A stretch of 20,000 nt of DNA from Saprolegnia diclina VS20. Taxonomy: Eukaryota. The translations under genes and the position numbers were made by a program. The stretch lies in the NCBI RefSeq assembly GCF_000281045.1, contig NW_008246094.1:273205-293204 (forward strand), written 5' to 3'. Below are positions 19,494 through 20,000 of the stretch, in pieces (the stretch's first letter is position 1; each line of letters starts with the position of its first letter). The notes under the pieces were generated by a model, which worked only from the letters and a program-made list of their open reading frames with translations, did not search any database and was not told the origin of the DNA.

Positions 19494-20000
19494 CTACATG
19501 CCGCGGAGACGGCGGTTGCCGCCATACTCGGCCGCGGGGCGGCACTGGAAGAAGTACTCGTTGATTTCGCCGCATTGGTACCCCTCAACGCACTTGGTCG
19601 CGCCGATAAAGTCCTTGCCGCCGCACTGCCCAAACGCAGGTACTTGGCCCTCGGCGGCCTCGCTGTCGGGGCGGCATTGGTAGTAGAACGGGTTAAACTT
19701 GACGCAGTGGCTGCCAGCCTCGCACGTCGTCGAGCCCTTGTGGTTCAGACCACCGCACTGGTAGTACACTGCCACGTCACCATCCGACGGGCTCGACGTC
19801 GGGTCTTCACTCGGTTCGTCTGACGGCTCGGGATACTCCGTGGGCTCGTCCGTGGGTTCGTCCGACGGCTCGTCCGAAGGCTCGGGATACTCCGTGGGCT
19901 CGTCCGTGGGTTCGTCCGACGGCTCGTCCGTGGGTTCGTCCGTGGGTTCGTCCGACGGTTCGTCCGACGGTTCGTCCGACGGCTCGGGATACTCCGTGGG
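19494..20000 (-). CDS. 3' part of a probably secreted protein with an acidic Pro/Ser/Thr repeat stalk and two C-terminal CBM1 modules (partial)
   Basis: Open frame from base 20000 to TAG at 19496-19494. Repeats are followed by VAVYYQCGGLNHKGSTTCEAGSHCVKFNPFYYQC and VPAFGQCGGKDFIGATKCVEGYQCGEINEYFFQC (CBM1 pattern QCGG..G...C.....C...N.YY.QC). Ends NRRLRGM*. The N-terminus is outside the window. Confidence 0.88.
   Translation of the reverse strand, partial: PTEYPEPSDEPSDEPSDEPTDEPTDEPSDEPTDEPTEYPEPSDEPSDEPTDEPTEYPEPSDEPSEDPTSSPSDGDVAVYYQCGGLNHKGSTTCEAGSHCVKFNPFYYQCRPDSEAAEGQVPAFGQCGGKDFIGATKCVEGYQCGEINEYFFQCRPAAEYGGNRRLRGM
19812..20000 (-). repeat. Coding minisatellite of 12-nt P[S/T]DE units interspersed with 18-nt PTEYPE units
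   Basis: Translation PTEYPE PSDE PSDE PSDE PTDE PTDE PSDE PTDE PTEYPE PSDE PSDE PTDE PTEYPE PSDE; continues past the window end. Confidence 0.92.

Noticed and set aside
19812..20000. CRISPR-like or telomeric repeat array
   Set aside because: Units are 12/18 nt, in frame, vary at synonymous sites and have no unique spacers: a coding minisatellite in a eukaryotic gene.

Overview
Eukaryotic, intron-containing, GC-rich gene-dense DNA that reads as an oomycete, probably Saprolegniales. The inference rests on a START-FYVE-GAF protein, an AA17-type LPMO, PAN/Apple and CBM1 secreted proteins, an Inr+FPR core promoter and 39-55 nt introns ending in TAG. Ten coding regions are supported: a partial membrane protein, a CENP-B/pogo-type DNA-binding protein with no DDE domain, CFAP53, DDRGK1, a START-like/FYVE/GAF protein, NDUFA6, 2-amino-3-ketobutyrate CoA ligase (GCAT/kbl), an insulysin (M16A), a secreted AA17-like LPMO fused to three PAN/Apple domains, and a partial acidic-repeat 2xCBM1 protein. 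Most notable: (1) GCAT, normally mitochondrial, has no AUG-initiated transit peptide and ends in the PTS1 tripeptide AKL, tail-to-tail with an insulysin that also ends in AKL, suggesting peroxisomal threonine catabolism. (2) The AA17-PANx3 modular LPMO is convergent with a CBM1 protein, and both end in an RLR tail. (3) A likely domesticated CENP-B-like gene. (4) All five introns of 3n length carry an in-frame stop. Exon models were spliced by hand and family calls come from remembered motifs; no searches were run.
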